This document shows positions 25,862 to 38,643 of a stretch of 64,000 bases of DNA, piece by piece. Made by a program: the position numbers and the translations under genes. The notes beneath the pieces are model-generated. The model saw only the letters and a list, made by a program, of their open reading frames with translations, did not search any database and had not been told where the DNA came from. The stretch's first letter is position 1; each line of letters opens with the position of its first letter. The stretch lies in assembly GCA_905178155.1 (NCBI GenBank), contig CAJINV010000001.1:12504676-12568675 (forward strand), read 5' to 3'. Source of the DNA: Amoebophrya sp. A120. Lineage: Eukaryota; Protista; Dinoflagellata.

Positions 25862-28800
25862 CTACTTGTTCCGCACCGGGCGATTTGGCAAAAGCCTTGA
25901 CGGTGTCCCGCCCTTATCTTCAAATATACGACGCCGGCTCGCATCTCCCTGGTGCAGCGGTGGTTCTGGCACGCCCCTTTTCGTGTGTTCAGACTTTCGT
26001 CCGGCATCCGCGTTGTTGCCTTTTGCAGGCATTTCATCACCGCCTGGCTTCGACCTAGCGTTTTCCACGCTATGCCACCCCGGAGGACGCGGTACGGAAG
26101 AAGGCGTCGCAATCTTCGATGCCGATGAACTCGAAGAGGATGGTTTGCTTTTCTCTTGCAGCTCCTGCCTCTTGCTCTCATGCTTCCGCGGGCTTGTGCC
26201 AATAACAAGATCCGCAATGCTGACTGGCTGTGATGAGGCCGTCCCGCTCCGATTCGCAGAAAAGTACTCTGGCCTTCCGCCCAAGGTCGTTTCCTTCGAA
26301 GAGCTTGCGGAACTCCCACTGGCACTGCGAGTGTTCGAGTCGCGCTTTTTCGCATCCTGCGCGTAATTTGCTTTCGATGATACGGAAAGAAAAACTTCTT
26401 GTGCTGGCACCGCGTTTCCCGTCATTTGCTTGCTGCTTTTCGCTGATGACGTTTTTTCAACATCAGACACATCCCCTTTTGCAGGATCAATGTCATCTGA
26501 TTCTTGACCGCTACGCTTTCCTGCAGCGAGACCTTTAACCACTCGCACATTCTTACTCGCCGAACTACTACTCCCGCTAGCCGATTCTTTCGGAAGGGTT
26601 CTGCCTTTTGGCAATGGCCGCGCAGTGAAGTGCTTCCTCGCATTCCCGCGCTGGCTACTCGCAGTACTACTGTTTGGAGGCGGCGCTGTTGGTTCGCCGC
26701 TTGTTGTTAATACTGGCTGTTCTATTTCTTTTGAAAAAAATTCTACCTTCTTTACTGGATGATCGTGCGATGCTTGCCCGCGCGTTGAAAACTTACCGGC
26801 CCCACCGCTCGGCGTATGGTTTCTCGATGTGAGCGCACTGCCGGCTGGTGGTTGTGGCGCAAAGCGATTTCCACTTACCGGCGCGGATCCCGGACCGCCT
26901 GGGTCGGCGAAATTGTTTGCCGGAACCAACCGAGGCAGTAGCGGCGCTGCCCCCGGTGGTGCGATCGGTGGACCTCCGCCAGGAAACCACAGCGGTGGCA
27001 CAAGCGGGAACGGGGGCATCCCCATCATGCCGAACGGATTGAACGGCGGTGGCTGTGCTCCGAACGGCTGTTGCGCCATGGGCATTCCAAACGGACCACC
27101 GCCGAAAAGCGGCGCAAACGATCCATCGTAGCCTTGATCTTGCTGTCCGGATCCGTAGGCTGCCGCCCCTGCTGTCGGTGCTGAGGACATGTCGAAGTTC
27201 ATCTGCGGAGGCAAATCGCTTAGTGTCGTCGGAGGCGTTCCCGGCCCAAAGGGACTTCTCGACCCGCCAAAATTACTGAAAGGTGGCGCGGCACCTGCCA
27301 TTCCTCCTGTCGGACCAGTGCCGAGAGTTTGTCCATGCTGCTCCATGTTCATGAACGGGTCGCGTTTTTCAAATAACCTTTCGTCGCTGCCTAACATTCC
27401 AGGCCCTGGTCCCGCATGACTGTAGTTCATCCCCGAGGACGTCGTGTCAATGACCCTCGCCGGCTTCTCTTTGCTATTCGACGCAGTCAAATCAACCATA
27501 TCTTCCGCCATAATCGTGATGCTCTCCACGCCCCGGTTCCTCCGCGGAGAGGACGCTTCCGCGGGCGGCGGCGCAGCGCTCGGCTGCACGATCACCGACG
27601 ACTTTCGCACGCCGGCGGAGGACAGAGTCGTCGCTTCCTCTTTCTTCCCGCCAAAAGTCGGACTCAAATGCATCGTGCTGGAACTCTTCCCCAACAGACT
27701 TGCAACCGCCGGCGCCCGATTCGCTCGGGCCAAAAGCTCGTTGTCCGACCCGTGCGGCAACGACGCTTCGGCGGATCCGCGCCGCGCTCCCTTTTTGCTC
27801 TTCCCTGCTTCTGCCCCGGCATCCGCGGCTGCCAAGGTGGGCAGCGCCGCCATGCTGTTTCTTCGATCTGCTTTTTTCCCATCCGTACCATCGTCCGCTG
27901 TTCCAGTGGCTGCTGCGGTCCCACCGCCGGGAAGAACCTTGTCGGGTTCGATGTCCGAAGCATCGCTGTCGTCCTTGTTCAGTAAGTTGTAAACGTTGTC
28001 CTTCGAAATTTCCTTCAAGTGCTTCAACGTTTCCAGCGCGTCGCAGTGCTTCACCTGATTGAACGTCAACCAGGGAAAGAACTCGTCAGGTGAAACGCTC
28101 AAGTCAAAATAGTCCAGGTTGTTTTCGCACAGCCTCTCCCACGCTCGGTCCGGATTGAAGTTGATTTTCGTCGCTCCTTCAGGTCCGGCATTCTGCGTAT
28201 GATCTGGATCAGTACTAGCGGCTTGTTGGTCACTGTTTGATGCTGTGCCGAACATACTTGGAATCGCTCGTGTTTTCTGCTGTCGACTGCCGGGCGGCGT
28301 GCGATCGGGGAGATCAGTTTCTGTTCGAACACTCGCGTTCTCGATTGAAAAAATCTTCCGCAAGTCCGACTCTTCGAAAGACGCTGGAAGGCTTGGTTTG
28401 TTGCTCTGCGGAGAGGACGGACTACTCTCCAGTCCTGCGTTCGACGCTGGTGAGGCAGGATTGTCCGCGCTGCGCGGCGACAGATTTCCTAGTCGATTTT
28501 GATAAGTTGGCGACAGAATCTGCAACGACCCCTTTGTGGTTCCACCGGACATTTGCTTTCCGACCGCAGCACCACCTGGCGATAACGGACTGCCGAACGA
28601 TGGGGAAGTGGGGCTGCCGCCGACCATCGTCATGGTTTTATTTCCAACCGGCGAAGATAAACTGTCCTTGTTAACCGGGGACGAAGACGAACCAACCCCG
28701 CCCCCGCTGCGTGACTTCTTCGACCGCTCGTGTGACTTTTCCTTGCTGGGTTCACGCAACCGGTTCAGAACATCCAAGTTCAGACGGAAGTACGTGGCCA

Positions 28801-31800
28801 TTGCGTGACCCACCGCATAGCCGATCGTCTCCGACCGGAAGGGGGTGAAAACCGTAAAGGGGTAACTCGCGAACAAATTCTTCCCCGGCACCGCCCACGT
28901 GTTTGCGGACAGCAGGCCCCCGTAGTTCAACCCGTTATTTTTGACCCTCACCCGCTCCGCCGGTGCGGACTGCGCGAAGAAACTGCTCTCCACGGTAAAC
29001 GCGTTGCGCACGCCAAACTCCTTGCCCACAACCGCCCGTATGGATGTGTCAGAGTTGAAATCGACAAAGTTGAAATAATTTGTCATGCATAAAATGGATG
29101 CCAGTTGGAACCCAGTTTCCAAGGGGCGCATGACAAATTTCGGTGGTCCCTAAATCCAGTCTGTCATGCTATTTAGGCGAAGAAGAGCGATTTTCTCATG
29201 CTACTTTAGCAGCTCGAGCTGTAACCCCAAACAGGCTTACAATCGGCCTCACTTGCCTGCCCTGCAACACACGTGCCTCGGGTCATGCATTTTATGCATT
29301 TTATGCATTACAAATTATTTCAACTTTGACGATTTCAAACCTGACGCTTCCATAGCCCGCGCGGATTTCGTATGCGATTTCCCGTGCTGCCACCTATCCC
29401 CCAGAAAAAGACCGACAGGTCATATTTGTAATGCAAAAATAAATAGACAAAAAAATCTGTATTGCATGCCCTAAACAGCATGCTATGGCCTCGCCCATGA
29501 CAGATTTTCCTGTGTATTTATTTTTGCATTACAAATATGACCTGCCTGCTTTTTTCTGTGGGATACCACCGGCAGTCTTCGAAGGATATGTCCCGCGTGG
29601 CTAGAGACGCGAGTTTGGGAAACAGGGCGCTCTTCGCGTCCGTGTAGTGCTGGCAGCCGTAGAAGAATGCGGAGCACTTCGCGCTGTGCCCGTGAAGGTC
29701 GAGAAAAATGTCCACGCTGTCCGGCGGGAGCGACCGGAGATACTCCTTGATCTGGTGGATAACTGGGTGGATGATCGGGTTCGGATCGTGCCAAACTCGG
29801 TTTGGATCCACGCCAGCGAGCGTGCAGCGCGCGTTGCCGTGGACCACGCCGTCGATGTTGACCATCGGGATCAGGTGGAAGACGAACTTCTCGCGAAGAA
29901 CCTTCGCGTAGAGACTTTTGCCAAGCAGGAACCGCATGAAGCCCTGCATCACCCAGCTCCCAACCACTTCCCCACTGTGCTGGCGCGCAATCACAAAAAT
30001 GATGCGTTTTTTGCCGAAGGTCAGGTCGGCAATGTGCTCTTTCACCGTTTTCCGGATTCCCGTTGGCGAAATCTGCTGCTTGTCCATCTGCTCCTGGGGA
30101 AAAAGTTTAGATGACAAAAATGAAAATTGGAAGTAGAAAATCTTAGTATAGTATTACTTCTGCAAAGTATAAAATGGAACCAGAGGAAAACAAAAAGCTT
30201 TCCCGCTTGGCAATGGGCACTTACTTCTTTCTCCTTTGCTGTCTGCATGGCGTTGCCCAGGTTTTCCGACACCCAGAGCAGGGGCACCGGCACGCCCGCG
30301 ATCGTGCGGCAAAGCTCAGAAGCGATCACGTGGTCCTGCTTTTGCACTTTCAGTTTATCCAAGAACAGGCGCAGCATCGTGTAGGTGTAGGGGTAAAACA
30401 GGGCGAAAAACACCGTGTCCTCGGCCTGGAAGCGGTACGACCACTGCAGACAAAACCGGTCGGCCTTCGCTTTTTTCGCGGGGAAGTAGTCCAGGTCGAA
30501 GCAGCAAAAGCACGACCACTTTTGCTCCTTCACGGAAAAGACGTAGGGCTGGAGGCCCTCCTGGTGCAGACTCTTGTTCTTCTTCAGATTGGCGATCCGG
30601 AAGTGCGTCACGATGTCCTTGTCCGTGTACGACCGACAGCCGAAGTAAAACCATTGCGCGCAGCCGACGGTGTGCGTGTCCGACTCTAACCAAAGCTCGT
30701 ACGAATAGTTGGGCACGGAGGCGTCTTTCTCGAGATCCGGCGACTCCGGGCGGGTGTAGGCCTCGTTCTCTCCCGCGGCGGAAATGAGAGACTTGATAAC
30801 TTTCGCGTTGTTTTTCGTTTTCGTTTGCGCAACCCGGCTGGAAAGATTTGAAGCGGAAGGTTTCGCGCTGGAAGTTTCGAAGCCGTCCTGCGGATTGCGA
30901 TCGTTTTGTTGCGGCCCTTGCGGCCGCGAGGATGCGTCGCCTGGCGCGGTTTGCCGACCGGGTGGGAAATTGCTTTTCTCTTCTTGCCCCGCAGCACTTG
31001 GCATTTTCGCCTCTGCCTTCACCGCTCCCGCGGGGCGATGCGTCCCTTTCCCATCCGGATCCGAGTCTTCGTCGCTGCTTTCGAGCAACTCCAAGAGCGT
31101 CCGCACCTCGTTGTCGGGCGGTTCCGGCGGCAAAGCGTCTTCGTCGTAGTTGCTTGCGCTGTCGCCGTGCTCGAGAGAACTAGTTTTGCTGATTGTGATG
31201 GCGGGGCCTCGCGTCGGAAGCTCGGTGCCCGGAATCGCGGCAAACGCAGCCGACGTCCGCGCGTGCAGATGGATTGTGTCTGCGACGGTTCCGCCCCCGC
31301 CGCCCGCTGCCTCGCCGGCCGCACTGCCGCGCCGGGGACGCGCAAAGCCCGGCGTCGTAGCGCGGTCGGGATCCGGCTGGCGGCAGCACACGCGCCGCAC
31401 TTGGGCCAGGTTCGCACACTCGAAGCAAGCATTGAACGCGAGAGGGCCGTGCGGCCACTCCGCATTTGCGCTCGGCGGCGGAGGAAAGACAAGTCCCTCC
31501 GGTAGGCAAGGCAGGTGCGGCGGCAGTTCGCCCTTCTCACCCGAAACGTCGGCGCCTTTGGTATGCGGCATCGCTTAGTATTTGATGAGCAAGTCTCAGT
31601 TGAAATCCCAAAAGCAACGGAACATAATGCGACGCTAATGTCCTGGTTGCCATCAACACAAGCTGAGTACCTTCTACAGGGTACGGACTGGAAATGTCGT
31701 CCATCCGGTGCGCTTGTGCCTTCACCGCGAGGGTGCGCGCCATCTGCTTCCATTCCTCTCCGCGCCGATTATACACGGTCGTGTACGTGTACGTGGGCTT

Positions 31801-31950
31801 GCTGCGCTCCCACAACTCCGCTTCGCGCTCCACCGGGAACTCCATGTTGATGAGATCGGGCCTCAGGTCGGTAGCGCCCGTCGCCCGGGCAGCGGGCGTT
31901 TTGTTCCGGTTGGGGGATGGCGCATGAGCTACCCGTAGCCCGACCGGCTT
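25862..31950 (-). CDS. Cytosolic carboxypeptidase (M14, Nna1/CCP tubulin deglutamylase-like) with long low-complexity tail; 5' exon(s) not located
   Basis: Motifs FECANL, QWFYF, YPYTY, ARQHSGE, PMVNIDGVVHGNARC, DPNRVW, DLHGHS, ARAVVGKEFGVRNAFTVESS; needs two GT-AG introns and two introners removed. Confidence 0.88.
29039..29354. mobile_element. Introner, family A (316 bp)
   Basis: ~55-bp TIR tatggatgtgtcagagttgaaatcgacaaagttgaaataatttgt; TSD gcccg; removal gives KSARAVVGKEFG. Confidence 0.93.
29395..29565. mobile_element. Introner, family B (171 bp), inverted relative to the 15244 copy
   Basis: TIR tatcccccagaaaaag...tttttctgtgggata; TSD ccacc; removal gives FEDCRWQHGKSH. Confidence 0.93.
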
Positions 31951-33690
31951 CTACGGCAAGGCGCGCGAAAAGAATGCTGGTCGTGCCGCAGCATCGAACC
32001 GGACGAAACCCGAAGCGGCCGCCGCACGCTTTCCCGAAGGCGCGGCCATATTATCACGGGGCCTGCTACGTGGCACACGACTCGAAGCATTACAGACGCA
32101 GCAGACGCTTTGCATTACAGATGCAGCAAGCCCCTTTGCGACTTCAAAGGAGCGCGGGAACACCGGACGCGAAATCGCACCCACCGGCGGGTGCCGCGCC
32201 TATGCTGCGTTATTCACGACGAGGGCACAGGCGAGAAACGCCCGCGCTCTGTTATTGGAGGTGGCACGCGGGCACCAGTGCGGGGAAGCGCAACAAAGCG
32301 GGTGGCGCGGCCGGACAAGGAAGAGATCAGGTAAGATCCCGCGCCGCCGCATGGTTCCCCGCCCGCACGTGGTGCCACCTGTCCGCGGCCCGCCCGCGTC
32401 GGATAAAGGGAGCCGCTTTCCCGGGCCGGACAGGGTGATTTTAATGGGCGGGGGCGGTGGGGAAAGGGCCCTTCGTGCAAGCGTCCAGGGCGCGGAAGGG
32501 CATGCCCCCATGGGAAGGGCCTGCCCGCGGAGGAAGGGGGGGGCTATGCTTCTACAAAAATGTGTAAAACATGGCCTAACCGGTCGTGAAAAGCAGGCCA
32601 CTAGAAGCTTTATAGTGGGGAACTTCCATTCATAAACAGGCACACCCCCAAACAGTAATGGATCTCGACTCCTCCAGAGGTCAGGTCAACCCATAACACT
32701 TCAAAAATTAGTACCTTGGTGGAATGTGTTTCAATGTAGACGCATTTGCTATATAGGAGCAGTAACATTATGCGACTTATTGCACACAAGCAAGAAGGCA
32801 CCTTTCAAGATTGTAAATTATATAAGTTTCCTCACATCTCGCAAAATTGATTTTTTTCATTAATTTTTGATTTGCACAAAAATGCTGCCGATTTGGGAAC
32901 AATAAGAATACAGAGAGTAAATATGTGCTTATATCAAGGCTATTCAATAGAGTGCTACTGAAATTATGCACAGTTTTCCCCCTAATAATATCCACATTTT
33001 TGACCGAGCAAAAATTTCTGAAAAATTTAAGACGGGCAAATCTGCAATATTTTCATAACTACAAGTATAAACAACAAACAACAGACATAAAAAGTACAAT
33101 TTTAATAAATTTGCCATTCTTAGCCATGATAAAAACAATAGAAATCGTTGACCAATTTGCAATTTATAGAAAAGTCAAAAAATTGTGAAATTATAAAAAT
33201 TGTCGCTTTCGTGAAAGATTTTGGGTATCTGTGAGAACCAATGGCCCCTTTCAGGAAACAGTACATAACAATTGTGGCGCCAGAAAGCCGTGTGGTGTCA
33301 GGGACCGTACGAGGGGGAGTGCACGCCCCACCGTACGGCTTTCTGGCGCGCGATTGTGTCGGCCCTCTCGAGTAGCAATCGTTTCGTAGCTAAGGCTTCA
33401 GCGTAGGGGTAGAAACTAAAGAGGCAGCCAGGAGAGAGGGGAGAGAGGAAGAGAGCACCAGGAGGGACATCGTTGATGTCAGGAATCGCAAGGCGTTTCG
33501 TGGTAGACAGTACCTGTTTCAGGATGAACACTGAACGAACTGCACTGCTTTCCTTCTGTTTTAGGTTGGTTCTACCTATCTACTGAGTTCGTTCCCGGAC
33601 CGAGCTGGTTCGGAGGTTCTGCCACATCCTGGAGCGTGTTCAGGGTGTGTTGCTCGATAAGTGGTCGATGTTCCTTCCCACTTTTAACAG

Positions 33691-33790
33691 NNNNNNNNNN
33701 NNNNNNNNNNNNNNNNNNNNNNNNNNNNNNNNNNNNNNNNNNNNNNNNNNNNNNNNNNNNNNNNNNNNNNNNNNNNNNNNNNNNNNNNNN
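33691..33790. other. Assembly gap (100 N)
   Basis: Run of n. Confidence 1.
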
Positions 33791-34016
33791 TTTCTCTTTA
33801 CATGAATCTGCGATGCTAAACGCGCCGCAAATCGACTATAATGATGTCGATCTGACGACGACGAGCTGTGTTCGACGTCTCTGAACGCCAGAACCAGGAG
33901 AATTCTCCTGGAATTCTTGCGCGCCCGGTGCAGAATTCCACGAAATTTTTTGTGGCGAGATTCTGACGCCGCCACCACTTTTGACGCCATGCCGTCGTAG
34001 CTGGACATCCAGCTTT

Positions 34017-34403
34017 GACGGTATGGCTGAAAATGTGACATGGGGCAAAAATGTGACATGTGCCCACGTCACATTTTTACCGCGGGGGTATGGTCCAAAA
34101 TGTGCCATCTGCCCACTTTTTGTGACATTTCGCGAACCACGAGGGCACGGTCCAAAATGTGACGCCAAGGCTGTTTTTTATAAAAAACAAGAAGCAAGAT
34201 GCTCTTACTTCTTCTCTTTTATAAAAAACAGCGCTGGCGTCACATTTTGGACCGTACCCTCGTGATTAGGCAAATGTCACATTTTTTGGTCAGATGGCAC
34301 ATTTTGGACCATACCCTCGTGGTAAAAATGTGACGTGGGGAAGTGTCACACTTTCGCATGATGTCACATTTTCGCATGATGTCACATTTTCAGCCATACC
34401 GTC
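34017..34403. mobile_element. MITE/foldback-like element with 25-bp TIR and internal aaaatgtgac repeats
   Basis: gacggtatggctgaaaatgtgacat ... atgtcacattttcagccataccgtc; ggtccaaaatgtg and its reverse complement occur internally; no TSD seen. Confidence 0.7.
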
Positions 34404-34679
34404 TCGCTGCTATTGGTGTCGCGGAAACGCATAGCAATGCGCCTTTTTGGCTTTTTTTAGTGTAGAGGGCCAGGGCCGGGCGTGGGCTTCGGGGCCGAGC
34501 TGCCTCGGCGGCCTTGGGGGCCCGCTTCCCCGGGTGCCGCCGCGCTGCCCCGGCGCCGACCGGAGGCCCGCCGCCCGAATTCCCCGGCGCCTCTGGGCCC
34601 CTGCTTCTCGGGCTCTTCCGGGGCTTTCGGGGCCCGGTTGCCCGCCCGCAAAGCTCTTGGAGGGCGAAAGAGCTGTCTT

Positions 34680-35427
34680 TCGTTCTCCCCCGAGGGGGAA
34701 GTGGAACTTTCGCAGCTTCAAGGCTGCGAAGGTTCCAGTTCCCGCTCGACAAAACTGGGGCAGGATTTGAAAAGGTATGGCCTTCTCGCACCTCTTCACC
34801 CTCAAGGTGGCGACCACGCCAACAAAAACAGCGCGTCCAGTTTTGCCGAGCGGGAGCTGGAACCTTCGCAGCTTCGGGGCTGCGAAAGTTCCAGCCCCCG
34901 GTCTTTAGAGAACGCAGAAGCTGCGTGCCGTTCTCCCCCGAGCGGGGGCTGGAACCTTCGCAGCTTCAAGGCTGCGAAAGTTCCAGTTCCCGCTCGACAA
35001 AACTGGAAAAGTGTTGCACTTTTCCGAGTTTTGTCGAGCGGGAACTGGAACGTTCGCAGCTCGAAGGCTGCGAAAGTTCCAGCTCCCGCGCGGCAAAACT
35101 GGAAAAAGATTGCCGGGCGCCGCAGTGGTTCCAGTTTTATCGGGCGGGAGCTGGCGCTTTCGCAGCTGGAAGGTTGCGAAAGTTCCAGTTCCCGCTCGAC
35201 AAAACTGGAAAAAGATAGATTGGGAGCGCTGCAGTGGTTCCAGTTTTGCCGAGCGGGAGCTGGAGCCTTCGCAGCTGGAAGGGTGCGAAAGCCCCAGTTC
35301 CCCCGCGACAAAACTAGGAAAAGACTGGGAGTCAGTGCTGCACCGGGTCCAGTTTTGTCGAGCGGGAGCTGGAGCGTTCGCAGCTTCAAGGCTGCGGAAG
35401 CTCCCGCTCCCGCTCGATAAAACTGCG
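34680..35427. repeat. Array of ~7 palindromic ~75-bp units with variable spacers
   Basis: Consensus ccagttttgtcgagcgggaactggaac.ttcgcagc-loop-gctgcgaaagttccagttcccgctcgacaaaactgg. Confidence 0.9.
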
Positions 35428-35484
35428 AGAGACGCTCCTCCGGGCTAGGGGGCCCCGCTTCTCATTGTTGCCCCGCGCAGTTTC

Positions 35485-35962
35485 GCCGCGTTTCTCGATG
35501 TTCTCCGAGCCTGGGGGCCCCGTTCCCCAGTGTTGCCCGGCGCCTTTGGGCCGCGTTTCTCGGTGTTTCTCCGAGCTTGGGGGCCCCGTTTCTCAATGTT
35601 GCCCCGCGCCTGGGGGCCCCGCTTCTCAATGTTTCCCCTTGTTTGGGGGCCGCGTTTCCCGATGTGCCTCCGCGCCTGGGGGCCCCGTTTCTCAATGTTG
35701 GCACGCGCGGAAAGGAAACTATGCAAACATTGAGAAACGGGGCCCCCAAGGCGCGAAGGCACAGCGAGAGACGCGGCCCCCAGGCGCGGAGCAACGTTGA
35801 GGAACGGGGCCCCCAGGCGCGGAGAAACATTGAGAAACGGGGCCCCCAAGCGCGGAGAAACATTGAGAAACGGGGCCCCCAAGCGCGGAGAAACATCGAG
35901 AGGCGCCCGTGGCCCCAAGGCGCGGAGAACCATCGCGAAACGGGGCCCCCAAGCGCGGAGAA
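35485..35962. repeat. 33-bp tandem repeat arranged as two inverted arms
   Basis: Left arm tttctcaatgtt..ccgcgcctgggggccccg; right arm aacattgagaaacggggcccccaagcgcggaga; orientation switches near 35710. Confidence 0.88.
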
Positions 35963-35971
35963 GCTCGGTCT

Positions 35972-36340
35972 GGGCCAATTTGCGTTGCAGGCTTGTCCGG
36001 ATTCAGTTTCGGGCAGTTTTGCAATGGAAATTGGCCAAGATGAGGCCAATTTGCATTGCAGGCATGCCCGGATTCAGTTTCAGGCAATTTTGCAATGCAA
36101 ATTGGCCAAGATGAGGCCAGTTTGCATTGCGGGCCTGCCCGGATTCAGTTTCCGGCAGTTTTGCAATGCAAAGTGGCCAAGATGGGGCCAAGTTTCATTG
36201 CAGGCTTGCCCGGATTCAGCTTCAGGCAATTTCGCGATGCAAACTGGCCAAAATGGGGCCAATTTGCATTGCAGGCTTGCCCGGATTCAGATTCAGGCAG
36301 TTTTGCAATGCAAATTGGCCAAGGTGAGGCCAATTTGCTG
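35972..36340. repeat. ~70-bp palindromic tandem repeat x5
   Basis: ggccaatttgcattgcaggcttgcccggattcagtttcaggcagttttgcaatgcaaattggccaagatg. Confidence 0.9.
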
Positions 36341-37198
36341 GATTTGTCATGCAGATTGGACCAAAGAGCCAATCTTCGTGACAAATCTGCATCACATTTA
36401 CTGGCTCTTTTGCTGGTCCGGGCTTCGATACAACTCCAATCTTTTGGAGTTGTATCGAAATCCGGACCACCAAAAGAGCCAGGTATTGTTTTCCCAAAAG
36501 AGCCACGGGCCCTCACAGTTTGGGAAATCTGTAAGGCAAATCTGCCCAGATTTGTCATGCAAAATGGCCACCCGGGGCCGATTTGCATCGCCCGCCCGCG
36601 GGGAGCCCTTTCTGGGGACATTTTGTGTTGCCCCTGCCCACCCGACCGGATTTGGGCATCGGGCGCATTTGCAATGCAAATGATCCCAGATCTGGCATGC
36701 AAATTGGCCAACCGGGGCCACCCGGGCCAATTGGCGTGGCAGCCCGCGGGCCGCCTCGAACCATGGACGAGTTTGTCATGCAAAATCCCCTTTAGGGGCA
36801 ATTTGCATGACAAACTCGCTGGGCGGGTGCCCGCGAGGACAGGTTGCATCGCAAATCCGCCTCCTCGCACGGAGGCCATCGCGAAGTTGCAGCTCAGCCT
36901 CCAGGCTGAGCTGCAACTTTGCTCCCGGGGAGCGCAAGTGGTCGGTGCTGGAGCCAGTGAAGAGCCACTGGCTCAAACAGTCGGGCGCCTGCCTTTGGGG
37001 GTTCCGGATTTGTCATGAAGATTGGCCCAGAGAGCCAATCTTCATGACAAACCTTACTGACAAATCTGCGTCACATTTACTGGTTCTTTTGCTGGTCCGG
37101 GCTTCGATACAACTCCAAACTTTTGGAGTTGCATCGAAATCCGGACCACCAAAAGAACCACATGTTGTTTTCCCAAAAGAACCAGTGGTTCTCACAGT
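36340..37198. repeat. ~180-bp direct repeat (36340-36519 and ~37006-37198), each with an internal hairpin
   Basis: Shared ttttgctggtccgggcttcgatacaactccaa..ttggagttg.atcgaaatccggaccaccaaaag. Confidence 0.85.
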
Positions 37199-38643
37199 AT
37201 AATAAAACAAGAGTACAAGTAGTTGTATTTTTCTAGTGATCCACTTACCAAACCACAGAAAAAATAGGGAAACTTGGCGACTTTTTCGGATTAAAGAAAT
37301 TTTTAAAAAAGTGGGGGACTGGAAATCGGGGTCATTTTCCATTTTTTTCTGGTGTGTGTATGTAAGTAGAAAATGATTCACATCCATGCTATCTTTGAAA
37401 GGTCAGACGTGTGGAATTTTGCGCTTTTTTTGTAACGCTGTGCAGAATCGTACTCATGTGGACCCTTCTCGAACATCCTGGGGCCTTACTGTAAAGGATC
37501 CCCCCCCCCAAGGCCCCCCTTGGCCTTATAAAAGCGACCCCCAAGGGCCTTATACTGGGGCCCCCTAGGGGCCCTATGGCCTTGGCCTTGCTGCCCGGGA
37601 CCCCCAAACGTCGCACTGGGTACCCCCCTCCCCCATACCTTCCAGATGCGGGCCGCGGTCGGTATCTCCGTGCGGCACTCGTCTTTTAAGGGTCGAAATC
37701 ACGCACGGCCCCCTGTGCGCCACCCTTGTCCACTGGGCTGCGCAATGCGGCCGCTGCCAGCGATTTACCGCCCGCGCCCGGCTCTCGCCAGCGGTCCAGG
37801 GCGTAGTATAGCAAGCAAATCGCCCGCCAACCGGCAACGCGGGCGGTCGGGACAGGGGGTCGCGCCCTTGCGTCCTGCGTTCTTTCGTTTTAATTGTCTA
37901 TGCGACGTAGGCTGTGCTTTTCCGCGTTTCGCGCGGGCGGCCCGGGCATGGGGCCAATCGCCGTCGCAGTTCTTCTCGGTTGACCGAGCGACACATACGT
38001 GTACCGATAAACCTGCAAGCCTGGATCGCGAGCGATTTTTACGTAGGACGGTCTGGAGGACACGTCTCCGCGGGCGCTTGTGCCCGCCCATCGGCTACCG
38101 CTCCGTGGCTTCGTACAGCAAGACCGGCGTGTGTCCTGGTGTGTTGGTTTTCGGCCAGCGGCATCGAGTCAAATACCTATACCGGAGCGAGGCTGCGTTC
38201 GACATCGCCGGACCGTAGTCGCTTCCTGTTGAAGTACTGACAGTTTCGAAATTGCAGGGTGGTCGCGCTTGGGAGAGGCCATCTGGCTGCGAGTAGTTTC
38301 GTTATTCTCGTTCACAGCACGGTCTGCCTCGCATGCGCGGGAACAGTCCGGTAGAAGCCCTAAGGCCCTAGTCGTTATTCTCGTTCGGTGCCAGCTTTTC
38401 GTGCCTGGGTCGTCCCCAGGGAAAGGAGATAGAGTCTTCGCGCCTTAATACTGCCGTTTCGTGAGAGAACTGCTCAGAAGAGACTTTGCGACAGAAAACG
38501 AGCGCGAGCAGTACCGCTCGGCCGTTGGAACTAATTCTTGACTGTCGGCGATGCTTGCAATTTTGATTCTGATAGAAGTGACTGGTCGAAGAGGTTGATC
38601 TACGTGAGCAACAGCAGCCAGGGAGCAGAAAAACGCAAACAAA

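Noticed and set aside
29039-29131. ATG start of the 1089-aa ORF
   Set aside because: It lies inside introner A; the ORF is a downstream exon of the carboxypeptidase gene
34022-34398. TAT...ATA core of the foldback element as a further introner family
   Set aside because: It is intergenic and its flanks are inverted (gacgg/ccgtc) rather than direct repeats
34680-35427. CRISPR-like repeat-spacer appearance
   Set aside because: Units are ~75 bp and degenerate, spacers are irregular and related to each other, no cas genes are present, and the context is eukaryotic
34390-37018. Long ORFs of 130-368 aa in the repeat block
   Set aside because: They are translations of tandem repeats open in several frames on both strands
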